NCBI GenBank assembly: GCA_021801705.1
Contig: JAJYXP010000001.1
Location: 9,581 to 33,580 of the forward strand
Direction of reading: 5' to 3'
Origin: Pseudomonadota bacterium
Lineage (GTDB): Bacteria > Pseudomonadota > Gammaproteobacteria > Burkholderiales > Sulfuricellaceae
DNA length: 24,000 bases
Shown in pieces: positions 8,097 through 15,613 of this stretch. Below the pieces are notes generated by a model. The model was given only the letters and a program-made list of their open reading frames with translations. It was not told the DNA's origin and did no database searches. Position 1 is the stretch's first letter; each line of letters begins with the position of its first letter. Position numbers and translations under genes: made by a program.

Positions 8097-8360
8097 CCGT
8101 TTTCCTCGCCCTTTGCAGGTAATTTGACGGGCTTGGCAAGCCAAGCCGGGGCAGGCTCATATCCGCACCCCGCATTCACGCGGGTTGGTTTGATGGTGAT
8201 TTATCGCAAGCCGCAGCATCGCGCTTGCTTCACCGACAAAACCGCTGCGCCTAGCAACATTCTAGCAAATTATTTACGGAAATAAAGATCCTGATATCTG
8301 CTTAATGGCCTGAATGCTGCTGTTTTTTTCCTCCCTTTCGCTGCGGGCAACGCCGCCCCG

Positions 8361-9347
8361 TCAATCGTTCAATTTATAGACGGAAATTTTGTTGCGCAAC
8401 ATCTCTGCCGCATAAAGCCGGTTGTCCCGGCCCACGGCGATACCTCCCACCGACACGAAGCGCTGCGGCGCGCCGTCTTGCCCCAGAACGCGCAAAAACT
8501 TCCCGTCAGCGTCAAAAACCTGGATCACGTCCATATAGCTGTCGCTGATATAGACTTGATTTTTTTCGTCGACGGCCACGCCTTTCGGACGGTAGAGCTC
8601 CCCTGGAAGCACCCCCCAAGATCCGATCTGGACGAGCAGCGCACCTTCTTCATCGAATGCCTGAGCACGGGAATTAAGAACGTCCACGACATACACCGTC
8701 CCGTTGGACGCCATCGCTACGGTTGCCGGATAGCGGAACCGCCCATTGCCCTCGCCGTATCCGCCCCACTGGCGCACCATCTTGCCGGAGCCTGAAAATC
8801 TCATGACCTTGTTGTTGGCGGAGACGTAGATTTTTGCACCGGAAGCATCCGCCGCCACATCGATGGGGCGCACCGCCACCCCTTTGTCGATAACCGGGAA
8901 TGCGTATTGGAAATGACCCTCGGCGCTGAATACCTGGATGCGGTGGTTACCGGTATCGGCTACGTACACGCGGCCCCTGCCGTCGGTCCCGATGCCGACC
9001 GGGTCTTTGAATTGCCCTTCAGCCGATCCCTTCCGGCCAAAGCTGAGAAGATACCTGCCATTGCGGTCAAAAACGACCACGCGCTGGTTTCCGCCGTCAA
9101 CCACATAAATGCGGTCATCGCTGCCGAGCGCCACATCGGAAGGCAAGGACAGCCCACCGGCTCCCTGGCCGGTAACTTCAAACAGGAGGCGAACGCTTGC
9201 AGTGGGGATGCCGGCGGCGAATGATGCGCTAAGCCAGCCTGCGAGCATGGCTGAAAGGACCGCTCGCAATGCTTGCCGGAGCGTGGCGTTGCGCCCCCAT
9301 GGGCTGGGCAGACCTGTTTCCAGCGCCCGTGCTCCCCATCGTGGCAT
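8361..9347 (-). CDS. Secreted six-bladed NHL-repeat beta-propeller protein
   Basis: Lies in ORF 8361..9401. Six NHL-type repeats, for example FKDPVGIGTDGRGRVYVADTGNHRIQVF and LYRPKGVAVDEKNQVYISDSYMDVIQVF. Hydrophobic signal-like stretch AVLSAMLAGWLSASFAA. Start uncertain: TTG 9401 with GGAGG 10 nt upstream, or ATG 9347. Confidence 0.85.
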   Translation of the reverse strand: MPRWGARALETGLPSPWGRNATLRQALRAVLSAMLAGWLSASFAAGIPTASVRLLFEVTGQGAGGLSLPSDVALGSDDRIYVVDGGNQRVVVFDRNGRYLLSFGRKGSAEGQFKDPVGIGTDGRGRVYVADTGNHRIQVFSAEGHFQYAFPVIDKGVAVRPIDVAADASGAKIYVSANNKVMRFSGSGKMVRQWGGYGEGNGRFRYPATVAMASNGTVYVVDVLNSRAQAFDEEGALLVQIGSWGVLPGELYRPKGVAVDEKNQVYISDSYMDVIQVFDADGKFLRVLGQDGAPQRFVSVGGIAVGRDNRLYAAEMLRNKISVYKLND

Positions 9348-9419
9348 TTTTTTAGTCTCCGGCGGATTCAAGTTCGAAGCGCAACAGCGAATCGTGAACA
9401 AGTATAGCGCACCTCCCTG

Positions 9420-9743
9420 CTATTCGTTCAAGGCCAACAGAATCAGCCCTGCAAGGATGGCAAAGAGAACGATCCAGCCGACAATCCTGATAGCGGTTCC
9501 GACAGTATCGCCCGGGCCGTCCTTCCCTGCCGCGGGCATTCCAACAAAAAAACCGATCTCGCTGCCATACCATATGCAGCCAAGCGGAAGAACCAGAACG
9601 GCAATCGCAAGGTGGAGAATCTCGTGTTTTACCAGGAAGTGGGCTACTGCCATACACACGATTGCCACTAAAATCGATGCAACACGTCCGGCATCCAATC
9701 CCTCGGCTTCCACTTCACGATGCCCCTCGTTCAAGTGCTGCAC
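9420..9743 (-). CDS. Small hypothetical integral membrane protein (about 3 TM)
   Basis: 107-aa ORF with a GTG start. Hydrophobic segments VASILVAIVCMAVAHFLV, LHLAIAVLVLPLGCIWY and IRIVGWIVLFAILAGLILLAL. No recognisable family. It is co-oriented between the Rrf2 and NHL genes. Confidence 0.5.
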   Translation of the reverse strand: MQHLNEGHREVEAEGLDAGRVASILVAIVCMAVAHFLVKHEILHLAIAVLVLPLGCIWYGSEIGFFVGMPAAGKDGPGDTVGTAIRIVGWIVLFAILAGLILLALNE

Positions 9744-9888
9744 TGGGCATGACCTTCCGCTCCCGGTCTATGCGCAAGGAAATTGGCTGCACTTGTCCCC
9801 GGAGGGCGTGACTGGGATAAAGCATCTGGGCGGCTCAAATTATTATTTTGCCACTTTCTCGCTTTGATTCATCAAACCCAACGGGCTG

Positions 9889-10353
9889 CTAGCCCAGTTC
9901 CGCATCCAGAATTGTCGCCGGCAGATCGCGAATGCGGTATTTCCCGCTTTGCACCGCCACGGCCAGCCGCTCGAGGGTATGCTCGTGCATCATGGCGACA
10001 ATTTTTTCCTTGATCGGCTTCCATTTCGAATGCACCGGGCAGGCGGTTTCCTCGCTGCATATTTTCAGACCCAGCACACAGTTTTCACTAAAGCCGACGC
10101 CTTCAATCAGCGTCACAATCTGCATCAAGTCGGTCTTTTCGCCCCCCTCTCGCAGGCAGAACCCCCCTTGGCGGCCACGGTAGGAATAGAGCAGGTTTCC
10201 CCTGCACAAGCTTTGCATGATTTTGGCGAGATAGGCCGTGGGGACACCAAGATATTCCGCAACCTTGCGGTTAAGAATAGGCTCGCCGCGCGGTTGCGTA
10301 GCAATGTAAATCAGCGCCTGGATTGCGTACTGGCTGGTTCGGGATAAAATCAT
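9889..10353 (-). CDS. Rrf2-family transcriptional regulator with a putative Fe-S-binding Cys triad (NsrR/IscR-like)
   Basis: Lies in ORF 9889..10425. The likely start is ATG 10353 (MILSRTSQYAIQALIYIA, the typical Rrf2 N-terminus, with GGAG 5 nt upstream). wHTH region VAEYLGVPTAYLAKIMQSL. Cys cluster CVLGLKICSEETAC (C-x6-C-x5-C). Confidence 0.85.
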   Translation of the reverse strand: MILSRTSQYAIQALIYIATQPRGEPILNRKVAEYLGVPTAYLAKIMQSLCRGNLLYSYRGRQGGFCLREGGEKTDLMQIVTLIEGVGFSENCVLGLKICSEETACPVHSKWKPIKEKIVAMMHEHTLERLAVAVQSGKYRIRDLPATILDAELG

Positions 10354-10448
10354 CGGGGCTCCAAATCGGTATATACTGATCCAATTATCTTCTTTTGCCA
10401 ATTCGAATAATAGTGACATTGCCATAAAAAATCCATGGCTAGAGAAAA

Positions 10449-11126
10449 TCAGTCCAACAACGCCATCCGAAGCAAGCCGGCCACCTCATCGGCGGACAGG
10501 CCTTCCTGATATGGCACCTCACCAAGCAGGGGTGCTTGCAGTCCATGTTCCAGTGCCGCCACATTTTCCCTTAAAAACGGCATGCCGGGTTCGATCTGAT
10601 TCGCCACCCACCCGGCAAGCCTGAGGCCGCGCTGCTTCATAACCTGGGCGGAAAGCAAGGCGTGATTCAGGCAACCCAGCCGCATGCCGACCACCAAAAT
10701 TACGGGAACCCCAAGCCGCTGGGCCATATCAGCGGTATCCTCGCGCCGATTGAGCGGCACCATGAAACCGCCGACACCTTCGACCACCACCACATCGGAC
10801 ATTGCCTGCAATCGCCGGAAAGCGTCCAGCACAGTCCCGATGCCAATTTCCACGCCGGCCCGCTCGGCGGCGATATGGGGGGCAACGGGCAGAACCAGTG
10901 CGTACGGATTGACCAGCTCAGGCGGCGCCGCAACATTGCCTGCGGCACGCAGACTTTCCACATCCGCGCAGCGCAGCCCGCCGGTTGTTTCCTCACAGCC
11001 GGCGGCGACCGGCTTCATGCCAACCGCCCGAAAACCGCGGCTGACGAAAGCACGAAGCAACGCACTGGCAATCAGGGTCTTGCCTACATTGGTATCGGTG
11101 CCGGTGATGAAATAAGCTTTTTTCAT
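10449..11126 (-). CDS. bioD: Dethiobiotin synthetase
   Basis: N-terminal P-loop MKKAYFITGTDTNVGKT. 225 aa. Last gene of the bio cluster. Confidence 0.9.
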   Translation of the reverse strand: MKKAYFITGTDTNVGKTLIASALLRAFVSRGFRAVGMKPVAAGCEETTGGLRCADVESLRAAGNVAAPPELVNPYALVLPVAPHIAAERAGVEIGIGTVLDAFRRLQAMSDVVVVEGVGGFMVPLNRREDTADMAQRLGVPVILVVGMRLGCLNHALLSAQVMKQRGLRLAGWVANQIEPGMPFLRENVAALEHGLQAPLLGEVPYQEGLSADEVAGLLRMALLD

Positions 11127-11268
11127 GAGGGATAAAACCGTTTAACCGCAGCGGAACGGCAAGATCAAAACCGCCGGCCAACCCAAATGGCGCAAACGAA
11201 GGAAATAAGCTTTTTCAAAGAGTTCAAGGTTTTCCTCTCTGCGCCCTCCGCGTCCGCTGCAGTGAAGA

Positions 11269-12147
11269 TTATTTTTTAGCAAAACGCACCACCTGCGCCC
11301 CGTCCGGCAGCTTCGGCTGCCTTTTCTCGCCTTTCCAGGCATGACCGTACACTACCTCATAGGTCGCCGGCAGCTTGCCGTCGCGGCGCAGCGCCTCGTA
11401 ACTCTGCTGCACACGCTGCCAGGCGGTCTTGCCCAGCAGGCCACGGCGGCGCCCCTGATTGGCGTTGTGCGCGCCCAGCGCCTTGAGGTCGCGCATCAAG
11501 CCTGCCAGGTCGGCATAGGTCAGGGTGATGGTTTCCATGTCCATCACCGGCGCGGCGAAACCCGCCCCCATCAGCGCATCGCCGACATCGTGCATGTCGG
11601 GAAAACGGTTGACATGGGCATAAGAATCCAGCGCGCCGAATGCCTGGCGCAATTCCTTCAGGGTGTCCGGGCCGAGGGTGCTGAACATGAGCAGCCCGCC
11701 GCTTTCCAGCGCTCGCCACATGCCGCCGAAGGTCGCATCGAGATCGTTGCTCCATTGCAACGCCAGGTTGGACCAGATCATGCCGACGCTCCCGGCGCGC
11801 AAAGGCAGGTTCTCGATGTCTCCGCACACCCGTTCTTCGCCGGCCAAGAACGGCAGCAGGCGCTTCCACGCGGGCTGGTGGCCACGCGACGCCAGCAGCA
11901 TGGCCGGCGCAATGTCCAGTTCTATCACGCGCGCCTTGGCATAGCGTTCCCGCAACTGCCGCGAGCCGTAGCCGGTACCGGAGCCGGCATCGAGAATAAG
12001 ATTAGGCTCGTATTTGATGTATTGCAGGCGCCCGGCCATGCGGTCGCAGATTTCCCGCTGCAGCACCGCCACCCGGTCGTAGGTGGCAGCGGCGCGGTCG
12101 AAAGAGCGGCGCACCCGGCGCTTGTCCAGCGTGAATTGGTCAGTCAT
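11269..12147 (-). CDS. bioC: Malonyl-ACP O-methyltransferase
   Basis: SAM-methyltransferase motif ILDAGSGTGYG. N-terminal FDRAAATYD. 8-nt overlap with the bioH stop. Sits between bioH and bioD. Confidence 0.85.
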   Translation of the reverse strand: MTDQFTLDKRRVRRSFDRAAATYDRVAVLQREICDRMAGRLQYIKYEPNLILDAGSGTGYGSRQLRERYAKARVIELDIAPAMLLASRGHQPAWKRLLPFLAGEERVCGDIENLPLRAGSVGMIWSNLALQWSNDLDATFGGMWRALESGGLLMFSTLGPDTLKELRQAFGALDSYAHVNRFPDMHDVGDALMGAGFAAPVMDMETITLTYADLAGLMRDLKALGAHNANQGRRRGLLGKTAWQRVQQSYEALRRDGKLPATYEVVYGHAWKGEKRQPKLPDGAQVVRFAKK

Positions 12148-12904
12148 GCAAAAATCCGGTCACAATCTCGGTAAATTTCCCAGGGTGGGACAAAAACGGC
12201 GCATGGGCGGCGCCCGGCAGCACATTCAGACGCGCGTCCGGCATCCGTTCGGCCAGCCATCTGGCCGCGCCCACCGGCGTGAGCATGTCGCGCTCGCCAT
12301 GCAGCAGCAAAGCCGGCGTTTTCACGGCAGCGGCGCGGTCGCGCAAATCGGTTCCGAGCAAAATACCGAGCCCCGCCCGCAAAGCTTCAGCGCTCGGACG
12401 CCCCTTGGCAAACAAGTTGTCACGCAGGCGTTTCAGCACCGTTTTGACTGCGTCATCGCCGCGCGCCTGCAGCGCCAGAAAACGCTTCAACGTGCCATCG
12501 CAATCCGATTCCAGCGCGGCGGCGAATTCCAGCAGCACATCGCGTTCCACCGCCCACGGCCACTCGTCTTTTATCGTGAAGCATGGCGTGGTGGCCACCA
12601 AAACCAGGCGCGACACTTTTTCCGGGTAAAGCGATGCCATTTCCAGCGCCACCTGCCCGCCCAGCGACCAGCCGCAAACGGCCGCCCTCTCCGGCAGCGC
12701 TGCCGCCACGGCGTGGATGAGATTTTCCAGTTCGCAAGGATCGAGCGCAGGACTGGCGCCATGGCCGGGCAAATCCACCAGATGCAGGCGAAAACGCCGC
12801 GCCAGGTCGTCGCGCACCCCGTCCCACACCCCGCCATGCATGCCCCAACCGTGGAGCAGCGCTATATCTGCGCCCATCCCAACCGTTTCGACGAACACGC
12901 TCAA
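12140..12904 (-). CDS. bioH: Pimeloyl-ACP methyl ester carboxylesterase
   Basis: Alpha/beta hydrolase with LLHGWG and the nucleophile elbow GWSLGG. TTG start overlapping the bioF TGA (TTGA). Context bioF-bioH-bioC. Confidence 0.85.
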   Translation of the reverse strand: MSVFVETVGMGADIALLHGWGMHGGVWDGVRDDLARRFRLHLVDLPGHGASPALDPCELENLIHAVAAALPERAAVCGWSLGGQVALEMASLYPEKVSRLVLVATTPCFTIKDEWPWAVERDVLLEFAAALESDCDGTLKRFLALQARGDDAVKTVLKRLRDNLFAKGRPSAEALRAGLGILLGTDLRDRAAAVKTPALLLHGERDMLTPVGAARWLAERMPDARLNVLPGAAHAPFLSHPGKFTEIVTGFLHD

Positions 12905-14064
12905 AGGGTGCGCTCCAGCGCGTTCAGCGCTTCCACCAGCCGGGCAATATCTGCATCACTATGCGCCGCTGACAGGGAAATGCGCAGGCGCGCCTCGCCC
13001 TTCGGCACGGTGGGCGGCCGAATCGCCGGCACGCAGATGTTGCGCTTGCGCAGCGCCTCGCTCACCGCCAGCGTTTCCTTGTTGCTGCCGATAATGACCG
13101 GCTGGATCGGCGTGATTGATTCCATCAGACGCCAGCGCTCCAGCTTGAGCCCCTGCTTCAGGGCAGCGATGAGTTGCCGCAGCCGCGCCTGCCGCCAGGC
13201 CTCGTTTTCGATCAGCTCCAGGCTGGTGGAAAGGGCCGCCGCCAGCGCTGGCGGCATGGCGGTTGTATAGATGTAGGTGCGGGCGCGTTGCACCAGAAAA
13301 TCCACCAGTTCGGCCGGCCCGGCGGCAAAGGCGCCAAACACGCCGGCGGCTTTGCCCAGCGTTGCCATGTAAATGATCCGCTCCGACGGCGCGATGCCGA
13401 AATGTTCGAGCACGCCGCGCCCGGTTCTTCCCAACACGCCGAAGCCGTGCGCGTCATCCAGCAGCAGCAACGCATCATGGCGCTCGCACAGGGCGAGCAA
13501 CTCAGGTACCGGAGCGATATCGCCGTCCATGCTGAATACGGCATCCGTCACCACCAGCTTGCGCCTCGCCCTGGAAGCGGCAAGGCGCTTCTCCAGTGCC
13601 GAAAGGTCGAGATGCGGATAGCGGCTATGCCTGGCGCGAGACAGCAGCGCTGCGTCGTTGAGCGAGGCGTGATTGAGCTTGTCGGCGAAAATCTCGTCAT
13701 TGCGCCCGACCAGGGCGCTAACGATGCCGAGATTGGCCATGTAGCCGGTGGAAAACAACAATGCCGCCTGCCGGCCGGTAAAGCTGGCCAGCGTCTCTTC
13801 CAGCCGATGATGCGGCGCCATATGCCCGCCCGCCAGGTGCGACGACCCTGCTCCCAGACCATATTGCGCTGCCGCCGACTTGAGCGTGTCGACCAGGGCT
13901 GCATGATTGGCCAACCCCAGATAGTCGTTGCTGCTGAAGGACAGGCAATGCATGTCGCCCACCATGACGCGCGCGCCCTGGGGGCCCTTCAGCACGTGCC
14001 GCCGCCGGCGCAACCCTTGCTCTTCCAGCAGGTTCAGCGCTTCAGTCAAAGGAGAGAAGGACAC
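12901..14064 (-). CDS. bioF: 8-amino-7-oxononanoate synthase
   Basis: PLP-dependent class-II aminotransferase fold: SNDYLGL, LLLDDAHGFG and the PLP-lysine motif ATLGKA. 387 aa. Confidence 0.9.
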   Translation of the reverse strand: MSFSPLTEALNLLEEQGLRRRRHVLKGPQGARVMVGDMHCLSFSSNDYLGLANHAALVDTLKSAAAQYGLGAGSSHLAGGHMAPHHRLEETLASFTGRQAALLFSTGYMANLGIVSALVGRNDEIFADKLNHASLNDAALLSRARHSRYPHLDLSALEKRLAASRARRKLVVTDAVFSMDGDIAPVPELLALCERHDALLLLDDAHGFGVLGRTGRGVLEHFGIAPSERIIYMATLGKAAGVFGAFAAGPAELVDFLVQRARTYIYTTAMPPALAAALSTSLELIENEAWRQARLRQLIAALKQGLKLERWRLMESITPIQPVIIGSNKETLAVSEALRKRNICVPAIRPPTVPKGEARLRISLSAAHSDADIARLVEALNALERTL

Positions 14065-14104
14065 GGGGTGAACCGGACGCAGCTTGAATGGCCGGGATCG
14101 CTGC

Positions 14105-15103
14105 TTACGCTTCGGCGCCCATGGCGCGAATGCCCAGCTTGTCGAACAAAGCCAGGTCCTGGTCCGCGGAGGGGTTGGGCGTGGTCAGCAATTTCTCGCC
14201 GTAGAAAATGGAGTTGGCGCCGGCCAGGAAACACAGCGCCTGGAGCGGTTCCGCCATCTGCTCACGCCCGGCGGAAAGACGTACCAGGCTTGTCGGCATG
14301 GTGATGCGTGCCACCGCGACAGTACGCACAAACTCGAACGGGTCGAGCGCCGCAACGTCTTGCAGTGGCGTGCCCGGCACCTGTACCAGCAAGTTGATCG
14401 GGACGGACTCCGGCGGCGGATTGAGGTTGGCGAGCTGGGCAATCAGCGCGGCACGGTGAGTACGCGTTTCGCCCATGCCCACGATGCCGCCGGAACACAC
14501 CTTGATGCCCGCCTGGCGCACTTCGCCGAGCGTGTCCAGCCGATCCTGATAGGTGTGGGTGGTGACCACCTCACCATAATATTCCGGCGCGGTATCCAGG
14601 TTATGGTTGTAGTAGTCCAGCCCGGCTTCGCGCAACTGCTCCGCCTGGCCTTCCTTGAGCATGCCCAGGGTAACGCAGGTTTCCAGCCCGAGTGCGCGCA
14701 CTGCGGTTATCATGTCGAGCACCGGCTTCAGGTCTTTCTGCTTCGGGCCGCGCCAGGCCGCGCCCATGCAGAAACGCGTGGCGCCCTTGTCCTTGGCCGC
14801 CTTGGCCTTCGCCACCACGGTTTCCAGTTCCAGCAGGTTTTCCTGTTCCACTTCGGTGTGGTGGCGTTTGGACTGCGAGCAGTAGCCGCAGTCCTCGGAG
14901 CAGCCGCCGGTCTTGATCGAAAGCAGGGTGCTCACCTGCACCTCGTTGGGATCGAAATGGCTGCGATGCACGCTTTGCGCCCGGAATATCAGGTCGCTGA
15001 ATGGCAGGTCGAACAAAGCCTCGGCTTCCGCCACCGCCCAGGGGGCGCGCGCCCGCATCTCGCTGCCCGCCGCGACGAACTGGGCATTCAGCATCTCATT
15101 CAT
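14105..15103 (-). CDS. bioB: Biotin synthase (radical SAM)
   Basis: Radical-SAM motif [13 protein letters not shown]. 332 aa. First enzymatic gene of the bio cluster. Confidence 0.95.
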   Translation of the reverse strand: MNEMLNAQFVAAGSEMRARAPWAVAEAEALFDLPFSDLIFRAQSVHRSHFDPNEVQVSTLLSIKTGGCSEDCGYCSQSKRHHTEVEQENLLELETVVAKAKAAKDKGATRFCMGAAWRGPKQKDLKPVLDMITAVRALGLETCVTLGMLKEGQAEQLREAGLDYYNHNLDTAPEYYGEVVTTHTYQDRLDTLGEVRQAGIKVCSGGIVGMGETRTHRAALIAQLANLNPPPESVPINLLVQVPGTPLQDVAALDPFEFVRTVAVARITMPTSLVRLSAGREQMAEPLQALCFLAGANSIFYGEKLLTTPNPSADQDLALFDKLGIRAMGAEA

Positions 15104-15497
15104 GAACCTCTACCTCCACCATCATGTCCTGCCAGTTTTCACGGCTTATTCTGATCAGATCCCGGATTCCCAGCGGCACCACTACCAACAGACTCACGGC
15201 CCAGACTGTCGCCACCATATTGAAAGTCCCGCCCAGTAGCGCCTTGAGCGGGCCGGCGAAATTCAAAATCACCACCAGCGAACCGGCGATACCGTAGAAA
15301 CGATAGCCGGCCCAGCGCTGATATTCCCTGACACGATGGTCGGGATGATGGGCGACGGAGGCATAGACGAAAATCGAGAGGGCTATCCACACCATGATCA
15401 GCGGCGGAAGCAGCACGGAAATCATACTGCCGATAATGAATAGTTGCGCCGAACGCCGGGATTGCGCCGCGCTAATAAGTTTCTCAAACTTTTCCAT
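15096..15497 (-). CDS. Small hypothetical integral membrane protein (about 4 TM), translationally coupled to bioB
   Basis: 133 aa. Hydrophobic segments [46 protein letters not shown] and [18 protein letters not shown]. Its stop and the bioB start overlap by 8 nt (ATGAATGA). Confidence 0.6.
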   Translation of the reverse strand: MEKFEKLISAAQSRRSAQLFIIGSMISVLLPPLIMVWIALSIFVYASVAHHPDHRVREYQRWAGYRFYGIAGSLVVILNFAGPLKALLGGTFNMVATVWAVSLLVVVPLGIRDLIRISRENWQDMMVEVEVHE

Positions 15498-15613
15498 TAC
15501 TCGTCTTTACCTGAATTATTAAAGTAAAATGAGCGCAATTTTCAAGGATTAACCCACAGTTGTCAAATATTGCCGGACACATTTTAAACATCTGTATAAA
15601 TATTGGGCGCCAT

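Noticed and set aside
5214-8147. Shared GCCAAGCC / CTTGGC-type motif 40-50 nt upstream of both large cytochrome genes, as a possible common operator
   Set aside because: The common core is only 8 nt. A chance 8-mer match between two intergenic regions of about 250 bp is roughly expected, so it is not significant without comparative data.
8120-8150. Sigma-54 (-24 GG / -12 GC) promoter in TTGGCTTGCCAAGCC
   Set aside because: The spacing between GG and GC is 8 nt rather than the required 10 nt, and the flanking bases do not fit TGGCAC-N5-TTGC.
1-9743. Outer-membrane porin, Fe-S subunit or in-frame TGA (selenocysteine) within the cytochrome locus
   Set aside because: All six frames were inspected through the ORF track and by hand. 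There is no beta-barrel-like ORF and no CxxCxxCxxxCP ferredoxin motif. All cytochrome ORFs are uninterrupted without needing stop-codon read-through.
11127-11268. 142-nt gap between bioC and bioD as a possible small RNA, riboswitch or repeat element
   Set aside because: It shows only weak, short stems, no similarity to the REP units elsewhere in the window, and no recognisable riboswitch core.
11341-15154. Long plus-strand ORFs (277, 395, 376 and 356 aa) antisense to the bio operon. Similar ORFs occur at 17607-18389, 19810-20320 and 21561-22358.
   Set aside because: They completely overlap minus-strand genes that have unmistakable family signatures. Their translations are Arg/Ala/Gly/Pro/His-rich and low in complexity, as expected for shadow ORFs in GC-rich DNA. 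They have no motifs and no plausible ribosome-binding sites.
15498-15613. BirA operator (bioO-like inverted repeat) in the comF/bio divergent region around TTGTCAAAT...TTTTAAACA
   Set aside because: The half-sites match the E. coli TTGTAAACC consensus only partially and do not form a proper inverted repeat. This cannot be supported without a lineage-specific motif model.
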